Source: Parasitella parasitica NRRL 2501 | Taxonomy: Eukaryota > Fungi > Mucoromycota | Direction: 5' to 3' | Assembly (NCBI GenBank): GCA_025201805.1 | Contig: MU619327.1 | Location: 1-42,196, forward strand | DNA: 42,196 bases | Part shown: piece by piece, positions 12,500-25,081 of the stretch | How positions within the stretch are numbered: the stretch's first letter is position 1 | How the letters are laid out: each line of letters begins with the position of its first letter | Program-made: the position numbers and the translations under genes | Notes under the pieces: generated by a model | Database searches by the model: none | Told to the model about the DNA's origin: nothing | Seen by the model: the letters and a program-made list of their open reading frames with translations, nothing else

Positions 12500-15133
12500 G
12501 GGAAAGTTCATCTCAGTGGAAAGGGTCCACTCGATTCACATGGTCACGCTTTTTGGCTAACATAGACTTGCCAAAAAAGTTCAAAAAGGAAGGTGATACG
12601 ACCAAATGCTTTCTTCCCCACAAAAATATATGCCAGTATTTCAATTTCATTAAATTTGTATATTTCCCAAGGTACAAGAAAAAAAAAAATAGTAAAGAAG
12701 ATAGCAAGGCTTACAAGTGCATCATTCAAATTTTCAATTGATAGCTCTAATTTCCTGCAGTTGAAAGGCTTGGTGAAATGGAATGGATATATAAAGATGC
12801 TAAACGATGCTAGTTTGCTCGTTTTGTTTCTACCTTTTGGCTAATTTAACAGTTTGTGAAACTAAGATTGTTTTTGTCCAATAATAGATCTGTAATGTAT
12901 ATCCCAATTAAGTTGCTCGCAGCAAGACGCAAATTTCCCATGGCCTTCACTTTTAACTCTTGTCAATCGATCTAGAATAGGTAAATAAAGACCCTATTAG
13001 GTGAATTCTCCTTATATCCAAATACTCACACTTTAAGCTACAATCTGATGATCTGCTCAAAGTTACAGTGCCACAATTAAAAATGGGGAAATTTACCCTC
13101 ACAGTTTAGAGTTAAGTATAGAATCCAGAAAGTCGTTATACAGAGATTTCGGCTTTTGTACGTCAGAAATGACAAGCCTAGCTCTTTTTCTTACTCCTCC
13201 AGTTACAGCGCCTGATTGTCGAACTGATAAGGCGACGTAACTGCGGATCTTGGATTATCTAAAAAGACACACAACAGATGCAATTTTATTTATTGTTTGT
13301 CATCGTATATCCCACGAGAAAGTCAGCATTTGGCTGTGGAGAAAGGCTTGCAGTCAAGTAGTGGTCCGAAGAATCGCTCACTTTTTTTAAGGTTGAAATT
13401 CGTATTTTGGATCTTGATATTTTCCATTTTTTCTTTTTTCTCATCAAACCCATATAAGGCCATTTCTCACATACACTTCCCACCCACTTTTACGAACCAT
13501 GCTTTTACCAGGAAATCTGACACCAATATTATGCTGGATTTAGGAATGAAACGCAACATTACTCCATATACACAAGCACAAAACTCGAACTCAAAATACA
13601 TGCCGTGCGATTTTTAAAGATTGGGGTAATTGCCTTGTATAGAAGAGACCTCATAGCACTACAGCGTCAGTCAAAATACTGGATCGTTTGAGGATTGTAG
13701 TGGAAATGTCCAATTTTTTAGGTAGCTTAAAACACTGTGCAATTAGACAGATAAGTGTTACACCTTCCTCATGGTCCTTTTGAATGGCCTAATATTCGCC
13801 CAAATGGCCAATTTCTCTCAGTAAACTCATGCGAAGGATATTTATCTTGAGTAATGTACAAAACTAATATACAAAGTAAATATGCGCTATTTTAGATTTG
13901 TTGCAGATCGATAAATCTACTTGGACAGAGATCAATTGCCCAAATTTGAGCTGCTCCTTGTGATCATGTGAAGCTCACACCGATAATCTTAATAGTACAG
14001 ATGTTCACATAGGCCGTCAATATCGACAAGAAAAACATCTCCATGCTGCCTGTAACAGATATCATAATGCGTATGGTTTTGTGCCACAAATCAGATATCA
14101 TATTAGTTTTCGCGAAGCTTTCATGTTAATTTTTCATATAAGCCTTACCGTAATACCAGGATTTGTTTTGTCAGACTCTATATTTTCAAACAAGTGGATT
14201 AATAACGTACATTCAAGGCTTTAAACTACCTTTGAAACCAGGAATGTCCAAGAGTATTCGTTTGGAGGAATTTTTGTCCGTTGCTCTTACAGCTGCTGTA
14301 ATAGTGCGTATAGTCGTGCAATTTGGGGTTTCCATAAAAATCGTAATAACCTTTAGATAACATGAAAATAGCATACAAAGATACCTTAGTGGGTTAGTTT
14401 ATCTTTTGGTACCATTTATTTGATAATTTCCGTGTAGGTTCTAGACGGAAAGAAATATAAGACAACTTTTCCTTGGCGTTTTTAGAAAGTCGATTTTCAA
14501 AATCGGAGCGTGCACCATCCAAGCAAGCTACAAACACATGAGTACCACCATTCAAAAGCCAGAAAGCATTAGAATAACCACGTCTGAAACTTTTAACTTG
14601 GCATGTATATTAAGGTATTAATCGCTTCATGAATTTGAAAGTTAGATCGTCAAAAACGCGTGCACACAGTTAGAAGTACTGAATTCAAGCCCCGTTATCG
14701 TTTCTGCACAAACTAATAAAATCATACAAACAGAGGTTAGGAATTAAGTCGTTATCAGCAAGGACGAAACACATTACTTTGTTGATCAACACAGGAATGC
14801 TGTAAAATAAAGCAAGCGTTATTATGAATAGGAGATACAAAGTAAAGACAATATAGATTAATTTGCTAGAGCAAATCATTCTATATTACAATGAGCACCA
14901 GGTTTTTAAATATTTGTCCAGCTTACGATATAGGGTTGTACGCACTAATAAAGGATATTTTATACCCAACAAGCCTCGGCTGTTAATGCAGCAGAAAATG
15001 CAAATGTCGAAAATTCGCTTGAATTAGCCATCACTTACGACAAGCGCATTCTTTTCTTATTTTATTATTTACAATTGGAAAGGAAAAATTTAAAAAGTTG
15101 GTCGATTATGAGCATCGGTTAGTCGTAAGATTG

Positions 15134-15849
15134 CTATTCGTCTATGTTGTCTTCTTGAGTCTCCTCATGATCTTCCTCTTCTTCTTCCACATCTTCCACA
15201 TCGTCCTCCTCTTCTTCATCCTCTCTGGATCGTTTGGCATCTACGGATATGTTATCATCTTCGTCATTATCAAGCAGACGTTTTTCGCCTCGTGAAGCTT
15301 CTTCCATTGCTGTGTCATCATCATCTTTGGCCTTGGACTCGCCCTTGTCCTTCTTTTTTTGCTGTTTTTTTTCAAGCGTAGTTTGTTGAAATGCTAATTG
15401 ACCAGTATGTTAAAATTGATCTTTTTTTTTTTTTCATTTTATAGCTATTACCAGCTAACGACTCTTGTAACTCGGGTACCATGTGCTCTAATTCGCAGAT
15501 ATCCAATGCTTTTAAGACATCAGCAGCACTGATGGTTTTATGATTTGCGCCTTTGGCCACATCATTTGCACTAGAGCAATTTTATGGCAAGATCAGCTTC
15601 TATGCACAAGAACTTTTGAGACATATAATGTATGCTGTGCTTACACTGAGGACAAGTAATTAATAAACACAGTAGCTGCTTTGCCAACGGCTAATCTAGC
15701 GTCTTTTTGCAAAGCGGTGCCAGGAGGAAGCTATATATCCAGTATGAATAATTTGCCAAATCCTGGTATATTAGCAAACTTACGGCGCTTTTCAAGACTC
15801 TTGTAACGTTAGCTTTGGGTAATTCGTTGTCTTCGATAGTGCTTGACAT
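15134..15849 (-). CDS. DPB4: DNA polymerase epsilon/CHRAC histone-fold subunit (DPB4/POLE3); 4 exons
   Basis: Spliced product [22 protein letters not shown]...[14 protein letters not shown]...[22 protein letters not shown] is an NF-YB-type histone fold followed by a long acidic tail. Stop TAG at 15136-15134. Confidence 0.85.
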
Positions 15850-16102
15850 TGGCAAATAAATCAAAAACGCGAAAGCGAAAGATGAACATTTGGGATAAAT
15901 TTTTGTAGTAGTTGTATAATAGGCTTTGCGGCGGTCACAATATCCAGACGGCCGCAATGGACATCTTGTTTATGGTACAGTAGAGTGTTGTATACAAATG
16001 TTGGGTGCGCCAAAAAAAAAAAAAAAAAAAAAAGTATATAAAATCATACGCTGGTGTGAGAAATTTCACTCTCACGCCTCTTTCATCTACTGAGAAAACC
16101 AA

Positions 16103-16940
16103 ATGAGCACTAAACAAAAGGTATGTGTTTGAAGTGAATAAGCAAGCAATGCAGCCACTCACGCTATATCGAAAAGCCGATTCTCTACAGTTATTTTAGA
16201 TCCTCTGCTTCATGGCGTGTGCGCATTGCCTTGGCATGGAAGGGCATTCAGTACGAGTATAAAGCCATTGATTTGTTCAAGAACGAAAATGTAGGTTAAC
16301 GCAGAAAAGTGCCCACAGACAACTCACGCTGCGGCAAAACAGAACACAGAAGAGTACCTCAAGATAAACCCCACTCAAAAGGTTCCTGCGTTTATCACCG
16401 AAGATGGCCAACTACTGTCACAAAGCGAGGCTATCATCGAGTATATTGACGAGGTTTATCCTGGTATGATGTGTATGCTATCACCCATTTTCTTGTTTGA
16501 TAACTCAAACTATTGCATAAACGATGAATGTAGACCGTCCATTGCTTCCCAAATCTCCCTATGAGAGAGCCCTTGTGCGTGAGATCAGTCAAATTGTCGC
16601 TTGTGATATCCATCCGATCCAGAATTTGGGTGTTTTGAAGAGGGTGGCTGGAAATGACATGGAGAAGCGTGCTGCCTGGGCCAAGGATTCTATCACATTG
16701 AGCTTCAAGGGCTTGGAAGCTAGATTAGCCAGCACCTGTGGCACCTATTCTGTAGGCGACTCAATCACAATGGCAGATATCTTTGTCTGCGCAATGGTAG
16801 GCAATGCTAAGCGTTGGGGCGTTGATATGTCCGCCTTTCCTATCATCACCAGAATCAACGAATCTTGCTCAGAGTTGCCCGAGTTTATTGCTGCTCTTCC
16901 TGATAACCAGATTGATGCAAAAAAAGTAATAGTTCAATGA
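16103..16940 (+). CDS. maiA: Maleylacetoacetate isomerase / zeta-class glutathione S-transferase; 4 exons
   Basis: Zeta-class motif [42 protein letters not shown] and [11 protein letters not shown]-like [12 protein letters not shown]. Three GT-AG introns. Confidence 0.92.
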
Positions 16941-17032
16941 ATCACGTGCAAATAAAGGCTGCATAAAAGCTAGACCTGTTCCAAACCGATACGGGAATCG
17001 TTTTTCTTTCGGTCATACATATTTTTGGTATC

Positions 17033-17845
17033 ATGAGTGTAAATTGGGTAATGCTGACACAAGACGGTAAGGCCCCTGTACCTTTGCCGCAAGAAAAGAT
17101 GTTTTTCACTCAGTCTCACGTAAAGATGGTCCTGCATTGCAATGATTCGTAAAGTATTTGTGTTTTATTTGTCGATGTTTTTACAAGTCAACTAAGCATT
17201 CGTAACAGAGCAGGAGAATATCCGGGACACTCAGAGTAACTTTAGCTATTTATCGTACCATAGATTGATGGTAACAAATATTTGATACATAGAGGCTATT
17301 TCGAGTCGAATAAAGGAACGGTTATTCTCTCAAATCAAAGAGTAAGTGGCGTACACCTCGTTCTTGTCAAGATTGATTAACCACCAAGAATTCAGATCGT
17401 ATACTTGGCCGAAGAAGCAACTCCCATAGATTTTAAAAACCTCAATATCCCTATTCGAAACCTCAAAAACTGGAAATTGGAGCAGCCGTGGTTTGGTGCG
17501 AATTTTGTGTCAGGTGTTGTTATTCCAGTAAATTCATGGATGGATTTTTTCCAATATACCTGTCGATTAACGTTGGAATTATAGGTTCAAGGCGGAGGAT
17601 TGACCAAAACTAGCAGCTTAAAGGTTACATTTACTGAAGGAGGTATGGTTTGATATCAAGCAGAAATTGCTGAAATTTACTCGAGTCGCTTGTTAGGTGC
17701 CATTGAATTTACAAATATACTGCGAAATCTGCTGGAGCGTATTGCAGAATCCAATGAGGTGCCTGTAGAATACGAACCCTTACCAGCATACGAAGACAAT
17801 CTCCCACCTACTCATGATGACATGCCACCTCAATATCCAGCTTAA
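17033..17845 (+). CDS. WBP2: WW-domain-binding protein 2-like (GRAM/PH-like domain plus PPxY tail); 6 exons, absent from the ORF track
   Basis: Manual splicing gives MSVNWVML...KGTVILSNQRIVYL...WKLEQPWFGANF...VTFTEGGAIEF...PLPAYE...MPPQYPA*. Includes a 27-nt exon at 17209-17235. Confidence 0.85.
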
Positions 17846-18089
17846 ATATGCATGATATCTTTTCATATAAAATCTCATTTTCAACCATTTGGCAAAAGAA
17901 TAAATTTGGATTTATGCTACACACTAATATTTCCTGGTAAAGATTGATTCAAACCAGAATTTTATAGCGCTACATGGACAAAATTACAAACATGCTTGTT
18001 ATCAAAGAAGATTTGTTTTTTTTATTTGAATGATTAGTTGAATTATTAGTTGCACGATTATTTTACATTTACTATACGGATCAAGCCCA

Positions 18090-20122
18090 TTAATTGTTGT
18101 TTATCTCGCTGGCAGGAACTAGTTTGGAGTTTTTTCTAGCTCTCAGTTGATCCAGGTAGTCAGTGTTGATAAAGTATTCGCTAAGAATGACCTCCAACTC
18201 TTCCACACGGTTTGATAGTTCTCTTGATCTTTCTTCAAGCATCGTCGATCGCTTTTGTTCCAAGCGTAGCAGGCCGGAAATGCTGTCCAGGCTCGCTCTG
18301 TTATGGTCGTCTGGGCGAGAAGATGAGCCACCTGCCGCAGGCATTGAATAATTTGGGGGGAGCAGCGGTGGCGTAGAATTATATTGCTCAGTTGACGAAT
18401 CACTACCATTACTACTGCTTAGCGAGCTTCTCTGGCGATGCTTGGTATTATTGAGCAAGCCAAGTTCAGGCGAATCATTGGCCTGGCCTGCAACTTGCAA
18501 TATTTCCACCGGATTCGTGTCCTTTTCATTTCCTTCAAGCTCTTTTTTTGTAATCATATGGCGCATAAACGTGTCGTTCCGACTATGTGCTGTATATGTC
18601 TTGTCACCTCGAATGCGGCTTCGGAAGAACCAAGGTATAAGTATAGTGGACGACAATTTGCTCTTTTTAGGCACTACTTTGCTATCGCCACCATCCTCCT
18701 GCTGCTTTGTGCTGTTGGCCATGTTGTATCGAGCTTCTTCAAGATACATGTCGTCTTTAGCATGGTTCTTTCGCTTGCTTATAAACACTGGAATGTGGTG
18801 AACTAGCCCCCATGGTGTCAGTCTAGTCATTCCAAAAAACATAATGTAAATTGTTGTCAATACGCCATAACATCCACCAGCCAGTGCAACTGCTGCCAGC
18901 ACTGTGTGCTGTCGTACTTCAGTCTACAAGTATTACATGTTGGCTTGTTATACCATTGGGTGTGTTCTTGATTCTCTTACCTTGATATCGATTGTGCTTT
19001 TTGCTAATTGTACCGAGAATAAGCCTTGATAAAGCTACAGGAAAAAGTTGAGTCTTTTTAGAACAAGCCAAAAGAAAAAGAAACGTTACACTCTTGTTAA
19101 ATGCTGGAGGAGGTGGAGGAGGGTTGCTTAAAATAGGCCAATCTTGCTGGAAGTTGGGCAGTGTCATGATGTCAATATAGTTTGGTCTCTTTTGGAATAA
19201 ACAAAAGCGTTATAACGCTGCAATGCAAGACATAAGCTACGCTTACCAGGCCTAGTACGGACGCTGCATCTCCAGGTTTAATAGCACGATACTTTTGCGG
19301 CGAATAAAAGATGGCTGTTGTGTGGTTCAAAAACGTCGTGGCTCTGGTGGCACCCAGCTGAATATTGATGGCAGTCTCTTTCTGTTGGCGTCAGTTGTTA
19401 GTGTGATGAGTAAGTAGTCTACACACAACATATGGCACAGTTACCTCAATTGGGGAATCGCCAACAGTTGCTATTTTCCATGTACTGAAATGCGGGTCGT
19501 AGAGTTGCACGGCAACTGCCGGCAATGAGTTTGTGGCATAGCTCAGGTTCCTCAAATCATCAATATTCCAGTAAAAGTCAAGTCTGCGCAGGGCGTCTCT
19601 GCTATCGGGAACGACACCAGTTGTCATGCGGTACGTATCGTTTGTTTCAAACACATAGCACTTTGTTGCTTCTTGGTTGGACCCAGGTCTGAAGAACCGC
19701 TGCCAACAATTTGGGACGTCGACTTGGGTCCAGTTGTAGTACATTGCAGTGCATTTCACTACAGAGAACGTAGAGTTCTGTATACACAGCTCAATATCAG
19801 GAGTATCGATGTAGTTTGCAATCTGCTCTGACGAGATTTGTATTAGAGGTCTGTCGTTGTGTATCTAAGCTACGGGTTAGATCCTGAATTGCGTGTTTGC
19901 ATGTCTCTTTTTGACAATGGAAGGATACTTGCTTGGCTGATCAGATAGCCACAAAATGCCAGGAATAACATCCCCATCGTAATGGCAGATCCACCTCGAC
20001 TGTAGACAAGGCTTCTCGGCTCAAGAGGCTACATGTGTAACTGAAAAGTAAGCAACTGGTTCTGATTTGTGCCGTGTAGTCACTTTTACCCTTCTATAAC
20101 ACGCTTCCGCTATGAAATGCAT
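18090..20122 (-). CDS. Uncharacterised two-TM membrane protein with a large extracellular loop (ENaC/PAC-like layout); 7 exons
   Basis: Spliced product MHFIAEACYRR|PLEPRSL..TM1(GSAITMGMLFLAFCGYLISQ)|...TPDIELC...Cys pairs, N-glycosylation sequons...|TEVRQHTVLAAVALAGGCYGVLTTIYIMFFG (TM2), then a long Ser/Pro-rich tail with a coiled coil. Five GT-AG introns and one GC-AG intron keep the frame. Confidence 0.75.
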
Positions 20123-20471
20123 TCAGGAAAACAAGATGGAGATAAAAAGAGAGATACATGTGCACAAACAGCAGATGTCCCAAATATATACCCTTGATCC
20201 AGAGAGGATCGCCTATTATTGCTCATACCTGCGCCTCAACCTTGTGTTGTTTTTAGTGCATTTCCTTGTGCATCAAAGCAACACAAAAGGAAAAATGTCG
20301 GATCCATTATATAGATTCCTAAACACATGGATTGAAAGCCAGTCAGTAGTTGTAATGTAACGACATGGCGACAAATTATAAGCTTACATTTGTGTGTATA
20401 TATATAAACGCATATATTAAATATTTCTTGCTCTTTTCTTTTCCATCACATCCTATATTCCTGTTGCATAT

Positions 20472-23400
20472 CATGGCCACAGCAGAGAATCCGCATATTA
20501 AGGAGAAAGGTAATACAAAAGGCCCAGAGCAAAAGCCTCTTTGGGGAAGGTATGTCTTGTGGCTACTTGTGCCAATCATTCTGGCACTGTACTATAGCCA
20601 AGACAGCACTGTATTGGCGCAGACCAAGCATCAAAGGCAGATCCTGCCTGCTAATGTCAGACCACTTCATTATGATTTGGAATTGACTCCCAACTTGGAA
20701 ACATTTGTGTATGATGGCAAAGTCAAAGTCAAGTAAAGTGATACAATGTTATACAAATATATATAACGCGTACGTAGCAGTTGTTGTGCATTTACTGACT
20801 ATGAAAATAACCGTGTAGTTTGTCCGTCGTCGACGAGACTTCCGTCATTGTGCTCAATGCCAACGAGATCAACATCACCAAGGCAGCTGTGGTCGTAGGC
20901 AAAGACAGGTAAGACTCTTGGTCCAAACAGCCTGGAGCATGATTTGTCGTTACTGATGCTGATAAAAAAAAAAAAAAAAGCTACTCAGCCATTGATACAC
21001 AATATGATGAAACCATGGACCAAGTCAGTCTCACATTTGGAAAGGTGCTGTCGCCCGAATCCATTGTTGTGCTGGAGCTTGATTTCCAGGGTACTCTGAA
21101 CGATGAAATGAGCGGGTTCTACAGGTCATCCTACAAGGATAAGAATGGCGACACCAAGTAAGCATGTAACTGTACACAAACAGTGCATCGTATGCTAACT
21201 CTTTATAGATACTTGGCCACTACTCAATTTGAAGCAACCGATGCCAGAAAAGCGTTTCCATGCTGGGACGAGGTACAGTGTATATGTGTGATGCCGCAAT
21301 ACCAAACAAATGTTAAACTTTTACACACGCATACATAGCCTTCCTTGAAAGCAACATTTGACGTTACATTAAATGTGCCTGAAAATCTGACGGCCCTGTC
21401 AAACATGAATGTCATCTCTGAGGTTCCGTCCGCTGGTGATGCTGCCCTCAAGACGGTGAAATACGCGACAACGCCTAGAATGAGCACGTATCTATTGGCG
21501 TTTATTGTTGGCCCGCTAGAATACATTGAAGATCATACGACTGGCGAGTATAATGGCCATCCTATCCGCACTAGAGTCTATACATTGCCAGGCTACACCA
21601 ATCAGGGCCGACATGCTCTCAATGTTGCGACAAAAGCGCTCGAATACTATGCTCAAGTGTTTGGCATTGCATATCCCCTTCCCAAGCTAGATTTAGTTGC
21701 AATTCCTGACTTTGATGCTGGGGCAATGGAGAACTGGGGTTTGGTTACTTTTCGTACCACAGCTGTAGGTTCATACATTTGGAAGCAGTAAGCCCAAATA
21801 GCCCAAACTGATTCAATTTTTTCTTTTAGCTTCTCTATGACGAGCAAAATTCAGCATTTGTTTACAAAAGACAAACAGCCTACGTCGTTGCTCATGAGCT
21901 TGCTCATCAATGGTTCGGCAATCTGGTTACCATGGAATGGTGGGACCATTTATGGTTAAATGAAGGCTTTGCAACTTGGGTTGGGTGGTTCGCAGTGGAT
22001 CGCATCTTCCCAGAGTGGCGTGTTTGGGTGATGTTTGCAACACAAAACATGCAAGAAGCGCTGGGACTCGATGGCTTGCGTTCTTCCCATCCCGTAGAAG
22101 TGGCCGTCAATAATCCCTCTGAAATCCACCAGATATTCGACTCCATCTCGTACTTGAAGGGCGCCAGTGTCATCCGAATGGTGGACTCATGGCTGACCAC
22201 ACCTATATTTCTGGCTGGCATTCATAGATATTTGAATCAGCATAGACTTGGTAATGCTGCTACAAGCGACTTGTGGTCTGCTTTGAGCAGCGAATCCGGC
22301 AAGAACGTCTCTGAGTTTATGAATACCTGGATTCAACGAACCGGTGTAAGTAGATCAGACCAAAAAACAATGCATAATGCACACAATTACTAACGACATC
22401 TCCATAAAGTACCCTGTATTGAATGTTACATTGATTGGAGGCGATAAAATCCAAGTTACGCAATCAAGATATTTACTGACTGGTGATCTCCAGGAAGACG
22501 AAGACAGGCAAGTTTATGTTTGCCCGAGCTGTTAAAAAGACATGTACATCTAACACACTATCAACAAACAGCACTGTTTGGTGGGTACCTTTGCGCATTC
22601 AGACCGCACAGAAAGTGCAGGATTTTACCTTGACAAACAAAAGCCAAGAGTTTCCTGTTCCTAAAGACAAAGTTTTCAAGCTTAATCAAGGTCAAACGTC
22701 GCTTTACCGAGTAAACTATGACACTGTACTAACACAAAGGCTTGTCAACGAGCTGAAAAAGCCTAATTTTGGTGTTTTGCGTGAACCGGTTGACAGGGCA
22801 GGTTTCATTTCAGACCTCGGTGTGCTCGGTCAAAGTGGAGAGCAATCGACGGTAACGTTCTTGGAGGCTGCCGATGCCTCCAAGAATGAAAAGAATTTTT
22901 TGTAAGATTTCAATACGAGTGAAAGAAAAAACAAACAAACAAACTAGAGACTAACCGGGTCGTTTATTGTTAGTGTATTGACTGAATTAAGCCATCAGCT
23001 AGGCACTGTAGTGTCTTTATGGGAAGAATTTCCAGAGATTGAACCTTATCTTCAGGATATACGACGCAACTTGTTTGGTCCATTGGCCAAGACACTAGGC
23101 TGGAGAACCGCATCAAACGAACCAGAGTTATACAATCTGTTGCGTGTGCTGGTTATCAGCGAAGCAGGCTTAGCAGGTGATGCTGATGTGGTTGCAGAAG
23201 CCAAGAAACGCTATGGCCAGTTTATAAGTGGTGATCATGCTGCCGTATCTCCTGATCTGAGAAGCACAGTATATAAGATTGTGTTAAAGAACGCTGCAGA
23301 TGAGCAGGAAGAAGACAAGGTCTGGCAAGAGATCTTTAGCATTTACAAGGACGATTCTTTTCCCGTGGACCAACAAGTTACAGCTCTGACGTCTCTAGGT

Positions 23401-23870
23401 TACTGCATCAAAAGCAATCGGGTTATCTCAAAGACATTGGACCTTATCTCGGACGATAAACAAGTACGCACACAGGATGCTTGGATGGTTTTCAAAGGGT
23501 AAAGGCTATTCATATATTGCTTGTTAGTTCAAGCCAGTTAACCCCATTTTCTAAAACTAGGTTGGGAGCAAATTACAACGCTCGTTACAAGCTAATTGAA
23601 TTCTTTGAGAGCAATTATGACAAGATATTCAAGCGATTTTCAAAATCCATGGGAGCCCTTGGCAATGCTGTTGGCTACATGGTATCTGACGTGAACAATG
23701 CAGAAAAGATTCAACAAATCGAGAGCTTCTTTGCTACCAAAGATAGTCGACAATATTCTCGTAGCCTGAATAACTCGTTAGAAAGAGCCAAAGTGAATGC
23801 GGCATTGGTTGAGCGACAGGGCGCAGACATGCAGAAATGGGCTAGCGCCAAAAAAACTGCAATAAATTAA
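20472..23870 (+). CDS. M1-family zinc aminopeptidase (Ape2/PSA-like) with N-terminal signal anchor; 10 exons
   Basis: [37 protein letters not shown], zinc motif HELAH...WLNEGFA, YLKGASV and an ERAP1_C-like C-terminal region. Hydrophobic segment [15 protein letters not shown] near the N-terminus. Confidence 0.93.
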
Positions 23871-23935
23871 CCGAGTCCAACACGTTTAAATAAAAATCTG
23901 ACGCTTTTCCTCTTCTCTTTTTGTATCTTATAAGT

Positions 23936-25081
23936 ATGGAACAGGAGTATTGTCTTGGCTGGAATTTAGTGCACGATGCCTTGAAAGACTACTATTACAG
24001 CTTTAATCACTCTGTCCGCACTCAATTCGACCGATTCTACGACCCACAGCACTTTTTTGCATCTGATTCTTTAACTGCTGGCATACCATTGAGCATTGGT
24101 AAAGACCATAGAACAAGCACAGTTAGTCGTAACGCCGTATTCATTAAATTAATAGGAGCCCTTGCGTCCACTGGTGCGTGCAAAGTAGTCATGGCCAAAC
24201 ACATATACGAACAATTAGTAGACTTTCTTCATCAAACGATCCCTGATGTCCCCGAATTCAAATTGGAGACATTAAAGCCCATTCAATACGAGATCATGGA
24301 ACGCTTTGAGGTCTTTAAATCAAACGACTTCACCAAAATACAACAAAAAGCTAAAAAGAAGACCAAACAACTAACCAGACTGTATGACGCAAAGCAAAAG
24401 GAAACACTGGCTAGAAAACTTGTCAACACCAGCAGCTGTATTTTCGTGAGCATCGATATTGAAGCCTATGAGAAAGATCACTCCATTTTGCTGGAAATTG
24501 GATGGTCCATCTATGATGCTGGCAGCAAAAAGTTCCTGGATCAGCATTACATCAATGACCAGTATCGCCATTTAGTCAATGGCCTCTACGTTGACGATCA
24601 AAAGGAGAAATTTAACTACGGCACTTCTGTGTGGTGTTCCTTAAAGCAAGCCTTGAGTGAGCTAAGAAAGGATTTGGACTGGGCTGTGAAACGCGAAGGT
24701 GGGTTTGTGCTTGTAGGGCATGGCCTAGACAGCGATTTAAAGTATTTAGCAAGCCAAGGCTTTCTTTGGCCAGATAAAAGCGGCGGTGCTGGTACACAAG
24801 ATGTCGAAAAGTCTGCTAGAATTGCAATCTTGAACACTGATATCATTTATGGTGCATCTATAAATAATCTGGATAATCCTCCATCTCTTGGTAGAACGCT
24901 CACGTTGTTTGAAATCGAAACCTGGAATCTTCACAACGCTGGTAAGCTTGGCATTTATATATGCAAACCTTGAATACAATGCGTGCTTACACACATCTAA
25001 ACGCCTTTAAATCTAGGTAATGATGCTCACTATACCCTTTTGCTTTTGCTAAAGCTTGTCTGGAATGATCCCAACATTTAA
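23936..25081 (+). CDS. DEDDh 3'-5' exonuclease of the Gfd2/YDR514C/QDE-2-interacting protein (QIP) family; one intron near 24943-25016
   Basis: ExoI SIDIEAYE...LLEIGWS, ExoII LVGHGLDSDLKYL, and ExoIII LHNAG|NDAHYTL spanning the intron. Confidence 0.85.

Noticed and set aside
16012-16033. Poly(A) run as a retroposon tail
   Set aside because: It lies in the 253-bp divergent DPB4/maiA promoter with no element body or target-site duplication. More likely a nucleosome-disfavouring tract.
16103-16940. Tyrosine-catabolism gene cluster around maiA
   Set aside because: No hppD, hmgA or fahA genes in the window. The neighbours are unrelated.
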